Assembly (NCBI GenBank): GCA_002269645.1
Contig: NIVC01002657.1
Span: 62,001-126,000, forward strand
DNA from: Macrostomum lignano
Taxonomy: Eukaryota
DNA: 64,000 nucleotides
Reading direction: 5' to 3'
The notes under the pieces were generated by a model, which saw nothing but the letters and a program-made list of their open reading frames with translations, searched no databases and was not told the origin of the DNA. The position numbers and the translations under genes were made by a program. Shown here in pieces: positions 49,905 to 63,835 of this stretch (the stretch's first letter is position 1; every line of letters begins with the position of its first letter).

Positions 49905-50029
49905 GATGCGGATTGTTTTGGTTGAAGACGCCAATTATTTAGTATGAGAGAATCTGTAAAGTATAAATTGAAAGTATCTTTGAAAAGGCTGAGTAGCTTA
50001 ACTAAAACGGCTAGGATTAACTTTTAATA

Positions 50030-50830
50030 AACCTTAGCGCTTCTAAAAATAAAACGGATATGTTTTCCTTTTAATAAACCTCGGCGCTTCTAAAAATAAA
50101 ACCGATAGGTTTCCCTTTTAATAAACCTCGGCGCTGCTAAAAAATAAAACGGGTGGGATTTCCTTCTAATAAACCTCGGCGCAGCTAAAAATAGAACGGA
50201 TGGGATTCCCTTTTAATAAACCACGGCGAAGCTAAAAATAGAACGGATGGGATTCCCTTTGAGTAAACCTCGACGAAGCTAAAAATAAAACGGATGGGAT
50301 TTCCTTTGAGTAAACCTCGACGAAGCTAAAAATAGAACGGATGGGATTCCCTTTGAGTAAACCTCGACGAAGCTAAAAATAGAACGGATGGGATTTCCAT
50401 CTTACAAACTTTGGAGCTAAAAATAGAGCGGATAGGGTTTCCATCTAGGAAAACTTGGCGCTGATAAAAATATAACGGATGGGATTCCCTTCTATACTAA
50501 TAAACCTCGAGGGAGCTAAAATTAAAACGGATAGGACTTCCTTCTATTAAACCTCGGCGCAATAAAAATAGAACGGATGAAATTTTCTTCTAATAAACCT
50601 CAGTGAAGCCTAAAATAGAACGAATGGGATTCCCTTCTAAAACACCTCGATGCAGCTAAAAATAGAATGGATGGGATTTCATTAAAAAAAACCGTGATGG
50701 AGCTAAAAGTTGAACGGATAGGATTTCCCTTCTTTTACACACCACAGAGCTAAAATAGAAAAAGTTGAACTGAGCGAAGTTCCCACTAAAAACTCACGCC
50801 AGGCTAAAATAGAGAGGATGTAAATTTTAA
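50030..50830. repeat. Degenerate tandem repeat of about 50 bp upstream of RMI2
   Basis: taataaacctcggcgaagctaaaaatagaacggatgggattccctt variants, about 15 copies. Confidence 0.9.
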
Positions 50831-51369
50831 CTCGATTAACATTCTGCGAAGCCAGATTACTGATTTAAATTCCCCTCCATTACACTGCATTCCGTAAAGC
50901 AAAAAATAGAATCTAAGGGAAATTCTCCTTTCAAGCATTCAAGACTTTTGAAACAGAAATAAAAATGATTTCTCAAAATATCTTTACATTAAAAGTCCAA
51001 AAAAGTATAAAAGAGTCCAAAAGTCAACTAGACAAAACCAGCCAAATTTTAACTAATTTAAAATATCTTGTTGACCCTAACAGTATTAATAAAAAACGTT
51101 TTTTTCAACTGAATATAATTTTTGTACATAAGCAAATAGTACAAAGTGAAACTTACATGTACTTTGAAGAAAAGTCACGATTATAAATAGAACTTTGCAG
51201 TCACTTTTTAAACAGATCTTTGCAGACCTAAAAAATTACAAATATAAAGACAGACACGCACACAAATTTGCTAGCGCTTAACTATACTGAATGTTTTTTA
51301 AACAAAAAATTAAAAAGTAAATAATTGTGAGAATGCCTTAGCAAAAAAAATATTTGGACAGCACTAAAT

Positions 51370-51800
51370 TGGCGCCTCAATATAATCTTGGCGCCTCAAT
51401 AATAATCTTGGCGCCTTATTAATTACCTTGGCACCTCAATAATAATCTTGGCGCCTCAATAATAATCTTGGCGCCTTATTAATTACCTTGGCACCTCTAT
51501 AATAATCTTGGCGCCTCAATAATAATCATGGCGCCTCATTAATTACCTTGGCGCCTCAAAAATAATCTTGGCACCTCAATAATAATCTTGGCGCCTCAAT
51601 AATAATCATGGCGCCTCATTAATTACCTTGGCGCCTCAAAAATAATCTTGGCGTCTCAATAATAACATCGGCGCTTCAATAACTAATCTTGGCGCCTCAA
51701 TAACAATTCTGGCGCCTCATTAACAATTCTGGCGCCTCATTAACAATTCTGGCGCCTCATTAACAATATTAGCGCCTCATTAATAATCTATTGGCGCCTC
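51370..51800. repeat. Minisatellite of about 20 bp (ttggcgcctcaataataatc) just 3' of the EXD2 stop
   Basis: About 20 variant units. Confidence 0.93.
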
Positions 51801-51839
51801 AACTCCATTTTGACGCTTCAAAACAGCCAATTTGACAGC

Positions 51840-54800
51840 TCAGTCATCGGGCTCGCCATTAACCAGCTGCTCCAGTTTGGGCCGCAGCAGCTCATGTTGA
51901 TGTTCAACCGACCAACCCTCCGGCAGGTACTTCGGTTTCATGCTAGTCAAAAAATGGTCTCTCCATCGCCGCTCCAGCTCCAACAGGCGACCGCTGTCCA
52001 GGCACTTCTGTACAACAATCCGAGCTAACTGGCTGGACTGTTGGGCAGGAGTTTTGGCTGCCGATGCCACTATAGCTTGCAGCTTTTCTATAGGGATCGA
52101 ATTGATGGAATCCTCGTCTTCATCGTCAGAATCTTCTGCATCGGTGGTTAAGTCCGTAGCAATTATTTGTTTTAGCTCGCTGGAAATCTCTGTTAGTCTG
52201 GCCTCGGGAATATTGGCCTTGCCGCTAGCGTGGGCCAGCAATGCTTTGGCCAGGCTTTTGGCTCTCTGGTCTGCCGCCACCGTGTGCGATGCCTGGCGGT
52301 CAAGTGCGAGTTTAATGGGAATATACTGACATGATCCTCACTGTGACATGATCCTCACTGTGACATGATCCTCACTGTGACATGATCCTCACTGTGACAT
52401 GATCCTCACTGTGACATGATCCTCACTGTGACATGATCCTCACTGTGACATGATCCTCACTGTGACATGATCCTCACTGTGACATGATCCTCACTGTGAC
52501 ATGATCCTCACTGTGACATGATCCTCACTGTGACATGATCCTCACTGTGACATGATCCTCACTGTGACATGATCCTCACTGTGACATGATCCTCACTGTG
52601 ACATGATCCTCACTGTGACATGATCCTCACTGTGACATTATCCTCCCTGTGACATGATCCTCACTGTGACATGATCATCACTGTGACATGATCCTCAGTG
52701 CCATGATCCTCATTGTGACATGATCCTCATTGTGACATGATCCTCAGTGCCATGATCCTCACTGTGACATGATCCTCACTGTGACATGATCCTCAGTGCC
52801 ATGATCCTCATTGTGACATGATCCTCAGTGCCATGATCATCAGTGACATGATCCTCACTGTAACATAATCCTCACTGTGACATGATCCTCACTGTGACGT
52901 GATCCTCACTGTGACATGATCGTCACTGTGACATGATCCTCACTGTGACATGATCCTCACTGTGGCATGATCCTCAGTGACATGATCCTCACTGTGACAT
53001 GATCCTCACTGTGACATTATCCTCCCTGTGACATGATCCTCACTGTGACATGATCCTCATTGTGACATGATCCTCAGTGCCATGATCCTCACTGTGACAT
53101 GATCCTCACTGTGACATGATCCTCACTGTGACATGATCCTCACTGTAACATGATCCTCACTGTGGCATGATCCTCAGTGCCATGATCCTCATTGTGACAT
53201 GATCCTCATTGTGACATGATCCTCAGTGCCATGATCCTCACTGTGACATGATCCTCACTGTGACATGATCCTCACTGTGACATGATCCTCACTGTGACAT
53301 GATCCTCACTGTGACATGATCCTCACTGTAACATGATCCTCACTGTGGCATGATCCTCAGTGCCATGATCCTCATTGTGACATGATCCTCATTGTGACAT
53401 GATCCTCAGTGCCATGACCCTCACTGTGACATGATCCTCACTGTGACATGATCCTCACTGTGACATGATCCTCAGTGCCATGATCCTCATTGTGACATGA
53501 TCCTCAGTGCCATGATCCGCATTGTGACATGATCCTCACTGTAACATAATCCTCACTGTGACATGATCCTCACTGTGGCATGATCCTCAGTGACATGATC
53601 CTCACTGTGACATGATCCTCACTGTGACATGATCCTCACTGTGGCATGATCCTCAGTGACATGATCCTCACTGTGACATGATCCTCACTGTGACATTATC
53701 CTCCCTGTGACATGATCCTCACTGTGACATGATCGTCACTGTGACATGATCCTCAGTGCCATGATCCTCATTGTGACATGATCCTCAGTGCCATGATCCT
53801 CATTGTGACATGATCCTCACTGTGACATGATCCTCACTGTAACATGACCCTCACTGTGACATGATCCTCACTGTGACATGATCCTCCCTGTGACATGATC
53901 CTCAGTGCCATGATCCTCACTGTGACATGATCCTCACTGTGGCATGATCCTCACTGTGACATGATCCTCAGTGACTTGATCCTCACCGTGACATGATCCT
54001 CAGTGCCATGATCATCAGTGACATGATCCTCACTGTGACATGATCCTCACTGTGACGTGATCCTCACTGTGACATGATCGTCACTGTGACATGATCCTCA
54101 CTGTGACATGATCCTCACTGTGGAATGATCTTCAGTGACATGATCCTCACTGTGACATTATCCTCCCTGTGACATGATCCTCACTGTGGCATGATCCTCA
54201 GTGACATGATCCTCACTGTGACATTATCCTCCCTGTGACATGATCCTCACTGTGACATGATCGTCACTGTGACATGATCCTCAGTGCCATGATCCTCATT
54301 GTGACATGATCCTCAGTGCCATGATCCTCATTGTGACATGATCCTCACTGTGATATGATCCTCACTGTAACATGACCCTCACTGTGACATGATCCTCACT
54401 GTGACATGATCCTCACTGTGACATGATCCTCAGTGACATGATCCTCACTGTGACATGATACTCACTGTGACATGATCCTTACTGTGACATGATCCTCACT
54501 GAGACATGATCCTTGCTGTGACATGATTCTTACTGTGATATGATCCTCACTGTGACACTGAGGGCGATTCTCATTTGTGACACTAAGGGCGATTCTAAGA
54601 GTGATTCGAATGCAGTTCAAAAACCGCAGAACCACGCGACCCTACCATCTCCAGCCCGAACTCGTGGATCAGCTCCTTCTTAAAGGCCTCAGTATGCCTC
54701 TCGCTAATCGCATGGCAGCGGCCGCATAGCAACAAAATATCGTGCGACTTGTGCGACTTCAACAGCTCAGGAAAGTGCCGCCTAAACTCCTCGGGAACAA

Positions 54801-57800
54801 TTTTCTTTCGCTGAAGTCCCTGGATAGAGCCGCACACAACGCAACGGTTGTCGCGTTCGGCCAGGTAATAAGCTTGATCGCCTCGAGGCCGTCCGCTCGG
54901 TTCGAAATTTAACCGAATGATTAGTATCGGGTCTGTGGACACCACAGTTGCCAGGCCGCGCTCCGTGTACCAATCCGCTTTGCGTCTGAAGTTCGAAGTT
55001 GTGAGGGCGATTTTAGAGGCTGTTTGGGGGCGATTTCTCAAGGTGGTGAGGGCGATTTTAGAGGCGGTTTGGGGGCGATTTCTCAAGGTTGTGAGGGCGA
55101 TTTTAGAGGCGGTTTGGGGGCGATTTCTCAAGGTGGTGAGGGCGATGTTAGAGGCTGTTTGGGGGCGATTTCTCAAGGTGGTAAGGGCGATTTTAGAGAC
55201 TGTTTGGGGGCGATTTCTCAAGGTTGTGAGGGCGATTTCTCAAGGTTGTGAGGACGATTTCTAGACCTATTGAGACCGATTTTAACACGAATTCAAGGAT
55301 AAACTGAGATCAATAACTCACTTATCCAGAGTGCACATCAATTCATCGTCTGGCGCCAACATTTGGCAATTATGATAGAGCGGATTCTGTCTGGCAAATT
55401 TTGGCAATTTTTTATTCAACTGTGTCACAGTTGGGCCGGGAAAGTCTGTTTGACGTTGCTGTTGACCAGCTGGTCCAGTCGTGTGCTTGACGTCGATAAA
55501 CTGTGTGCACAGATTCTCAACACTTTCCCCAATCAGTATGGACATTTCAACAGCCAGCATAGCGCCAGTGATAGCGTCTAGCGCAGAGTAGAGAACTTGT
55601 TGCTTAGTTAGGCAAGGCAACTCCCAGTCTGTTCGAGCGACCCACTGCAGTTTGAAATAGTCTACGCTTAACATGTGGTTGGCTAGGGGCTTCAGGCCGC
55701 GACGGTGGCAGACCAAATCTGGCGGCAGACGGTCGGCCAGGTGACGGAGGTCCACCCAGCCGGAGAGGTCGCAGCCAAGATCGAAGGCCTGCGGGGCGGT
55801 AGGGGATCAGAGGGGTGTGTGAGGCCATTGTAAGGGCTGGTGTCTGAGGCAATTACAAGGACTGGTGTCTGAGGCGATTCTAAGGTGTCTGAGGGGATTG
55901 TAAGGTGTCTGAGGCGATTGTAAGGTGTCTGAGGCGATTGTAATGTGTCTGAGACGATTGTAAGGTGTCTGAGGCGATTGTAAGGTGTCTGAGGCGATTG
56001 TAAGGTGTCTGAGGCGATTGCAAGGTGTCTGAGGGGATTGTAAGGTGTCTGAGGCGATTGTAAGGTGTCTGAGACGATTGTAAGGTGTCTGAGGCGATTG
56101 TAAGGTGTCTGAGGCGATTGTAAGGTGTCTGAGGCGATTGTAAGGTGTCTGAGGGGATTGTAAGGTGTCTGAGGCGATTGTAAGGTGTCTGAGGCGATTT
56201 TAAGGTGTCTGAGGCGATTACAAGGACTGGTGTCTGAGGCGATTCTAAGGTGTCTGAGGCGATTTTAAGGTGTCTGAGACGATTGTAAGGTGTCTGAGGG
56301 AATTGTAAGATGTCTGAGGGGATTGTAAGGTGTCTGAGGCGATTGTAAGGTGCCTGAGGGGATTTTAAGGTGTCTGAGGCGATTGTAAGGTGTCTGAGGC
56401 GATTGTAAGGTGTCTGAGGCGATTGTAAGGTGCCTGAGGGGATTGTAAGATGTCTGAGGGGATTGTAAGGTGTCTGAGGCGATTGTAAGGTGCCTGAGGG
56501 AATTGTAAGATGTCTGAGGGGATTGTAAGGTGTCTGAGGCGATTGTAAGGTGCCTGAGGGAATTGTAAGGTGCCTGAGGGGATTGTAAGGTGTCTGAGGC
56601 GATTGTAAGGGCTGGTGTCTGAGGCGATTGTAAGGTGTCTAAGGCGATTGTAAGGTGTCTGAGGGAATTGTAAGATGTCTGAGGGGATTGTAAGGTGTCT
56701 GAGGCGATTGTAAGGTGCCTGAGGGGATTTTAAGGTGTCTGAGGCGATTGTAAGGTGTCTGAGGCGATTGTAAGGTGTCTGAGGCGATTGTAAGGTGCCT
56801 GAGGGGATTGTAAGATGTCTGAGGGGATTGTAAGGTGTCTGAGGCGATTGTAAGGTGCCTGAGGGAATTGTAAGATGTCTGAGGGGATTGTAAGGTGTCT
56901 GAGGCGATTGTAAGGTGCCTGAGGGAATTGTAAGGTGCCTGAGGGGATTGTAAGGTGTCTGAGGCGATTGTAAGGGCTGGTGTCTGAGGCGATTGTAAGG
57001 TGTCTAAGGCGATTGTAAGGTGTCTGAGGGAATTGTAAGATGTCTGAGGGGATTGTAAGGTGTCTGAGAAAATAGTAAGGTGTCTGAGGAGACTGTAAGG
57101 TGCCTGAGGGGATTTTAAGGTGTCTGAGGCGATTGTAAGGTGTCTGAGGCGATTGTAAGGTGTCTGAGGCGATTGTAAGGTGCCTGAGGGAATTGTAAGA
57201 TGTCTGAGGGGATTGTAAGGTGTCTGAGAAAATAGTAAGGTGTCTGAGGAGACTGTAAGGTGCCTGAGGGATTGTAAGGTGTCTGAGGCGATTGTAAGGT
57301 GTCTGAGGCGATTGTAAGGTGCCTGAGGGAATTGTAAGATGTCTGAGGGGATTGTAAGGTGTCTTAGAAAATAGTAAGGTGTCTGAGGAGACTGTAAGGT
57401 GCCTGAGGGGATTTTAAGGTGTCTGAGGCGATTGTAAGGTGTCTGAGGCGATTGTAAGGTGTCTGAGGCGATTGTAAGGTGCCTGAGGGAATTGTAAGAT
57501 GTCTGAGGGAATTGTAAGATGTCTGAGGGGATTGTAAGGTGTCTGAGGAGACTGTAAGGTGCCTGAGGGGATTGTAAGGTGTCTGAGGCGATTGTAAGGG
57601 CTGGTGTCTGAGGCGATTGTAAGGTGTCTAAGGCGATTGTAAGGGCTGGTGTCTGAGGCGATTGTAAGGTGTCTGAGGGGATTGTAAGGTGTCTGAGGCG
57701 ATTGTAAGGTGTCTGAGACGATTGTAAGGTGTCTGAGGCGATTGTAAGGTGTCTGAGGCGATTGTAAGGTGTCTGAGGCGATTGTAAGGTGTCTGAGGGG

Positions 57801-60800
57801 ATTGTAAGGTGTCTAAGGCGATTGTAAGGTGTCTGAGGCGATTTTAAGGTGTCTGAGGCGATTACAAGGACTGGTGTCTGAGGCGATTCTAAGGTGTCTG
57901 AGGCGATTTTAAGGTGTCTGAGACGATTGTAAGGTGTCTGAGGGAATTGTAAGATGTCTGAGGGGATTGTAAGGTGTCTGAGGCGATTGTAAGGTGCCTG
58001 AGGGGATTTTAAGGTGTCTGAGGCGATTGTAAGGTGTCTGAGGCGATTGTAAGGTGTCTGAGAAAATAGTAAGGTGTCTGAGGAGACTGTAAGGTGCCTG
58101 AGGGGATTGTAAGGTGTCTGAGGCGATTGTAAGGGCTGGTGTCTGAGGCGATTGTAAGGTGTCTAAGGCGATTGTAAGGTGTCTGAGGGAATTGTAAGAT
58201 GTCTGAGGGGATTGTAAGGTGTCTGAGAAAATAGTAAGGTGTCTGAGGAGACTGTAAGGTGCCTGAGGGGATTGTAAGGTGTCTGAGGCGATTGTAAGGT
58301 GTCTGAGGCGATTGTAAGGTGTCTGAGGCGATTGTAAGGTGCCTGAGAAAATAGTAAGGTGTCTGAGGAGACTGTAAGGTGCCTGAGGGGATTGTAAGGT
58401 GTCTGAGGCGATTGTAAGGTGTCTGAGGCGATTTTAAGGTGTCTGAGACGATTGTAAGGTGTCTGAGGGAATTGTAAGATGTCTGAGGGGATTGTAAGGT
58501 GTCTGAGGCGATTGTAAGGTGCCTGAGGGGATTTTAAGGTGTCTGAGGCGATTGTAAGGTGTCTGAGGCGATTGTAAGGTGTCTGAGGCGATTGTAAGGT
58601 GCCTGAGGGGATTGTAAGATGTCTGAGGGGATTGTAAGGTGTCTGAGGCGATTGTAAGGTGCCTGAGGGAATTGTAAGATGTCTGAGGGGATTGTAAGGT
58701 GTCTGAGGCGATTGTAAGGTGCCTGAGGGAATTGTAAGATGTCTGAGGGGATTGTAAGGTGTCTGAGGCGATTGTAAGGTGCCTGAGGGAATTGTAAGGT
58801 GCCTGAGGGGATTGTAAGGTGTCTGAGGCGATTGTAAGGGCTGGTGTCTGAGGCGATTGTAAGGTGTCTAAGGCGATTGTAAGGTGTCTGAGGGAATTGT
58901 AAGATGTCTGAGGGGATTGTAAGGTGTCTGAGGCGATTGTAAGGTGCCTGAGGGAATTGTAAGGTGCCTGAGGGGATTGTAAGGTGTCTGAGGCGATTGT
59001 AAGGGCTGGTGTCTGAGGCGATTGTAAGGTGTCTAAGGCGATTGTAAGGTGTCTGAGGGAATTGTAAGATGTCTGAGGGGATTGTAAGGTGTCTGAGAAA
59101 ATAGTAAGGTGTCTGAGGAGACTGTAAGGTGCCTGAGGGGATTTTAAGGTGTCTGAGGCGATTGTAAGGTGTCTGAGGCGATTGTAAGGTGTCTGAGGCG
59201 ATTGTAAGGTGCCTGAGGGAATTGTAAGATGTCTGAGGGGATTGTAAGGTGTCTGAGAAAATAGTAAGGTGTCTGAGGAGACTGTAAGGTGCCTGAGGGG
59301 ATTGTAAGGTGTCTGAGGCGATTGTAAGGTGTCTGAGGCGATTGTAAGGTGCCTGAGGGAATTGTAAGATGTCTGAGGGGATTGTAAGGTGTCTGAGAAA
59401 ATAGTAAGGTGTCTGAGGAGACTGTAAGGTGCCTGAGGGGATTTTAAGGTGTCTGAGGCGATTGTAAGGTGTCTGAGGCGATTGTAAGGTGTCTGAGGCG
59501 ATTGTAAGGTGCCTGAGGGAATTGTAAGATGTCTGAGGGAATTGTAAGATGTCTGAGGGGATTGTAAGGTGTCTGAGGAGACTGTAAGGTGCCTGAGGGG
59601 ATTGTAAGGGCTGGTGTCTGAGGCGATTGTAAGGTGTCTGAGGGGATTGTAAGGTGTCTGAGGCGATTGTAAGGTGTCTGAGACGATTGTAAGGTGTCTG
59701 AGGCGATTGTAAGGTGTCTGAGGCGATTGTAAGGTGTCTGAGGCGATTGTAAGGTGTCTGAGGGGATTGTAAGGTGTCTGAGGCGATTGTAAGGTGTCTG
59801 AGGCGATTTTAAGGTGTCTGAGGCGATTACAAGGACTGGTGTCTGAGGCGATTCTAAGGTGTCTGAGGCGATTTTAAGGTGTCTGAGACGATTGTAAGGT
59901 GTCTGAGGGAATTGTAAGATGTCTGAGGGGATTGTAAGGTGTCTGAGGCGATTGTAAGGTGCCTGAGGGGATTTTAAGGTGTCTGAGGCGATTGTAAGGT
60001 GTCTGAGGCGATTGTAAGGTGTCTGAGAAAATAGTAAGGTGTCTGAGGAGACTGTAAGGTGCCTGAGGGGATTGTAAGGTGTCTGAGGCGATTGTAAGGG
60101 CTGGTGTCTGAGGCGATTGTAAGGTGTCTAAGGCGATTGTAAGGTGTCTGAGGGAATTGTAAGATGTCTGAGGGGATTGTAAGGTGTCTGAGAAAATAGT
60201 AAGGTGTCTGAGGAGACTGTAAGGTGCCTGAGGGGATTGTAAGGTGTCTGAGGCGATTTTAAGGTGTCTGAGGCGATTGTAAGGTGTCTGAGGCGATTGT
60301 AAGGTGCCTGAGAAAATAGTAAGGTGTCTGAGGAGACTGTAAGGTGCCTGAGGGGATTGTAAGGTGTCTGAGGCGATTGTAAGGTGTCTGAGGCGACTTT
60401 AAGGTGTCTGAGACGATTGTAAGGTGTCTGAGGGAATTGTAAGATGTCTGAGGGGATTGTAAGGTGTCTGAGGCGATTGTAAGGTGCCTGAGGGGATTTT
60501 AAGGTGTCTGAGGCGATTGTAAGGTGTCTGAGGCGATTGTAAGGTGTCTGAGGCGATTGTAAGGTGCCTGAGGGGATTGTAAGATGTCTGAGGGGATTGT
60601 AAGGTGTCTGAGGCGATTGTAAGGTGCCTGAGGGAATTGTAAGATGTCTGAGGGGATTGTAAGGTGTCTGAGAAAATAGTAAGGTGTCTGAGGAGACTGT
60701 AAGGTGCCTGAGGGGATTGTAAGGTGTCTGAGGCGATTGTAAGGGCTGGTGTCTGAGGCGATTGTAAGGTGTCTAAGGCGATTGTAAGGTGTCTGAGGGA

Positions 60801-62609
60801 ATTGTAAGATGTCTGAGGGGATTGTAAGGTGTCTGAGAAAATAGTAAGGTGTCTGAGGAGACTGTAAGGTGCCTGAGGGGATTTTAAGGTGTCTGAGGCG
60901 ATTGTAAGGTGTCTGAGGCGATTGTAAGGTGTCTGAGGCGATTGTAAGGTGCCTGAGGGAATTGTAAGATGTCTGAGGGGATTGTAAGGTGTCTGAGGGG
61001 ATTGTAAGGTGTCTGAGAAAATAGTAAGGTGTCTGAGGAGACTGTAAGGTGCCTGAGGGGATTTTAAGGTGTCTGAGGCGATTGTAAGGTGTCTGAGGCG
61101 ATTGTAAGGTGTCTGAGGCGATTGTAAGGTGCCTGAGGGAATTGTAAGATGTCTGAGGGAATTGTAAGATGTCTGAGGGGATTGTAAGGTGTCTGAGGAG
61201 ACTGTAAGGTGCCTGAGGGGATTGTAAGGTGTCTGAGGCGATTGTAAGGGCTGGTGTCTGAGGCGATTGTAAGGTGTCTAAGGCGATTGTAAGGGCTGGT
61301 GTCTGAGGCGATTGTAAGGTGTCTGAGGGAATTGTAAGGTGTCTGAGGAGACTGTAAGGTGCCTGAGGGGATTGTAAGGTGTCTGAGGCGATTGAAAGGT
61401 GTCTGAGGAGACTGTAAGGTGTCTGAGGGGATTTTAAGGTGTCTGAAGAGATTGGAAGGTGTCTGAGACGACTGAAGCGATTGAGGAGAATGCCTCACCA
61501 GCTTATTAGCATCCCCATCGATTCCAACGCCAAACTTGAACACAGTGCGATCCGCCAAGAAGGCCTCCAGCTGAGGCGGCACAACGGTGAGCCGCTGCAC
61601 CCGAATGAGCAGAGCGCGCCCGTCATCAGTGGCCAGCTGCAGCAGTGCCAGCTGACCAACTTCCCCAAATTCATTTTGCCAGCGCCATTCGCAGTCGAGG
61701 CCGCAGTAGCCTAATTGACGAGCGCGCGATTCGAACTCCGGCCAATGCTCCGCTAAGCTGGCATCGGAATCGATAATGGTAGCACAGGGAGCCGACTGAT
61801 CGGCAACTTTCTGCGGTTATTATTATTAAGCTTGATTTTATTCCATTTTTACTATAAGTAGTGCAGTTGATACAATACAAAAATTGTTTATTCAAAATTT
61901 TCTATTTTACACTTCACAGTTCTCAATGAGCTTCTTAGAAATCGATTTTTCAATTTTATGTCGCTAGCCGTACGGGCCAATTGTAATGCGTAAGCGCTGC
62001 AAATGCACTGCATATTTCTATTTGTAGATTGCATTGTCTACTTGGGGTGGAGTAGTTGAAGAATATCAATCATAAAAAACTGACGCGTTGTTTGTGTGTA
62101 TGCATATGTATGCAATGTAACTTCTCCCAGGCTACTTGCAACTCAGCGTTGAAATCAATCATAAAAATTACCTAAACAGCCAAATTTTCATGCATGTACT
62201 TCAAAACTATAAATCTTCCATCTGACACTACGAGCCAAAATTCAATTAATGGTTCTTTTTAGCGATTTGAGGATTTCAGATCCCAGCCCTCGGATTCCGC
62301 TCATTCCCTGCCTTCAAATCCATGGACAGAGCTGTGTTGTGTCATCATTTCGAGGGCGCCACCACTCATAAACCATAGTGGCCCGCAAAATCATAGAATA
62401 GCAGGTATGGATTTGAAGCGCCATCGTACCTTGTACTTGTGCTTTCGCAGCTCGACATTGCGGCTCAGCAGTGTCTCATTAGTCACCCGCTGTTGACGTT
62501 TTCGACGAAGCAGAGCGAAGCAGACAAGCAGAGTCGCAGCCGTTGCTAAGGGCACAGCTAATCTTACAGCATTGCGCAGTGTTGCGTAAGAAGCCAGCCT
62601 TTCGGACAT
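51840..62609 (-). CDS. EXD2: Exonuclease 3'-5' domain-containing protein 2 (N-terminal TM anchor, DEDDy exonuclease, HNH-like domain), 5 exons, 594 aa
   Basis: complement(join(51840..52325,54646..54985,55322..55788,61499..61810,62430..62609)) = 1785 nt, phase-consistent. TM LAVPLATAATLLVCFALL; GLDCEW, LLQLAT, KFGVGI, VDLRHL, QVLYSALDA; PLYHNCQMLAPD..RKADWY; NRCVVCG..KKIVPEEFRRHFP..SHDILLLCGRCH; WRDHFLTSMKPKYLPEGWSVEH. Confidence 0.95.
52327..54557. repeat. 17-bp minisatellite (atgatcctcactgtgac) filling EXD2 intron 4
   Basis: About 130 units with recurrent shorter variants (cagtgccatg). Confidence 0.97.
55000..55260. repeat. 45-bp minisatellite filling EXD2 intron 3
   Basis: gagggcgattttagaggcggtttgggggcgatttctcaaggttgt, about 5.5 units; translates as LRNRPQTASKIALTT. 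Confidence 0.95.
55810..61480. repeat. 20-bp minisatellite (taaggtgtctgaggcgattg), about 5.7 kb, filling EXD2 intron 2
   Basis: About 280 units with recurring variant blocks (higher-order structure). Confidence 0.97.
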
Positions 62610-63224
62610 GGTCCGGCATGAATCGATGCAACGGATAGAGGATGAACTTCTTAAATCAGCAAAGTGAAGTTATGGACAACTAAACAGGGACCATTTCCAT
62701 TTCCTGGAAAAAACTCTGCAATGATTGCATTTGATCTGGGGCAGTGAAGATTACCATTTGTTGAAGGTTGAAATTACTCACAGGGGAAGTTTTGCAGGAA
62801 ACTGGCCTTCAAAAATTACACATTCTTCGAGTTTTACATCCTATTATACTATAGTAATCCTTAGAGTAAACTAAGTGATTCATGACTGTAAGCTTCTTTA
62901 ACTTAATTTTGAATGAATTTTAGTGACTTGCTATATATTTATAATTTTATTTACACAAGAAGAATGTATTGAATACGTATATACCAGTATTTGAAGAACA
63001 ATTAACAGGCGTATACCTTGCTGGGTTAGCAAAAATCTACAGTAAGTTTTAAAGAATATGATGTGCATATTTTACGAATAGATATACATTTAAATAATTA
63101 ATATGAAATTGCAAAGCGATACTACAAGCGGTTAGTAGTAGATTAGTCTTTTAAGCTAATTTTATTCATTTGTCATTATTTTTAAACAACAAATTCAATG
63201 ATTTTCTATTATAAACTTAATGCA

Positions 63225-63835
63225 ACAAAGGCTCACTAGATCAGCAACAAAGAGTCACTGGTTCAGCAACAAAGAGTCACTGGATCAACAACAAAGAGCC
63301 ACTGGATGAGCAACAAAGAGACATTGGTTCAGCAACAAAGAGTCACTGGTTCAGCAACAAAGAGCCACTGGATCAGCAACAAAGAGCAACTGGATCAGCA
63401 ACAAAGAGCAACTGGATCAGCAACAAAGAGCTACTGGATCAGCAACAAAGAGCAACTGGATCAGCAACAAAGAGCAACTGGATCAGCAACAAAGAGCAAC
63501 TGGATCAGCAACAAAGAGCAACTGGATCAGCAACAAAGAGCAACTGGATCAGCAACAAAGAGCTACTGGATCAGCAACAAAGAGTCACTGAATCAGCAAC
63601 AAAGAGCAACTGGATCAGCAACAAAGAGTCACTGGTTCAGCAACAAAGAGCAACTGGATCAGCAACAAAGAGCTACTGGATCAGCAACAAAGTGTCACTG
63701 AATCAGCAACAAAGAGCAACTGGATCAGCAACAAAGAGCTACTGGATCAGCAACAAAGTGTCACTGAATCAGCAACAAAGAGCAACTGGATCAGCAACAA
63801 AGAGCTACTGGATCAGCAACAAAGAGTCACTGGAT
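63225..63835. repeat. 22-bp minisatellite (caacaaagagcaactggatcag) upstream of EXD2
   Basis: About 27 units; the 131-aa ORF there has a 22-aa period equal to 3 units. Confidence 0.95.

Noticed and set aside
54986-55264. LRNRPQTASKIALTT repeats as part of EXD2
   Set aside because: They lie between a GTGAG donor (55321) and the AG acceptor at 54986; excision restores LDK|RKADWY as in EXD2 homologues.
63306-63701. 131-aa Gln-rich ORF
   Set aside because: Translation of the 22-bp minisatellite.
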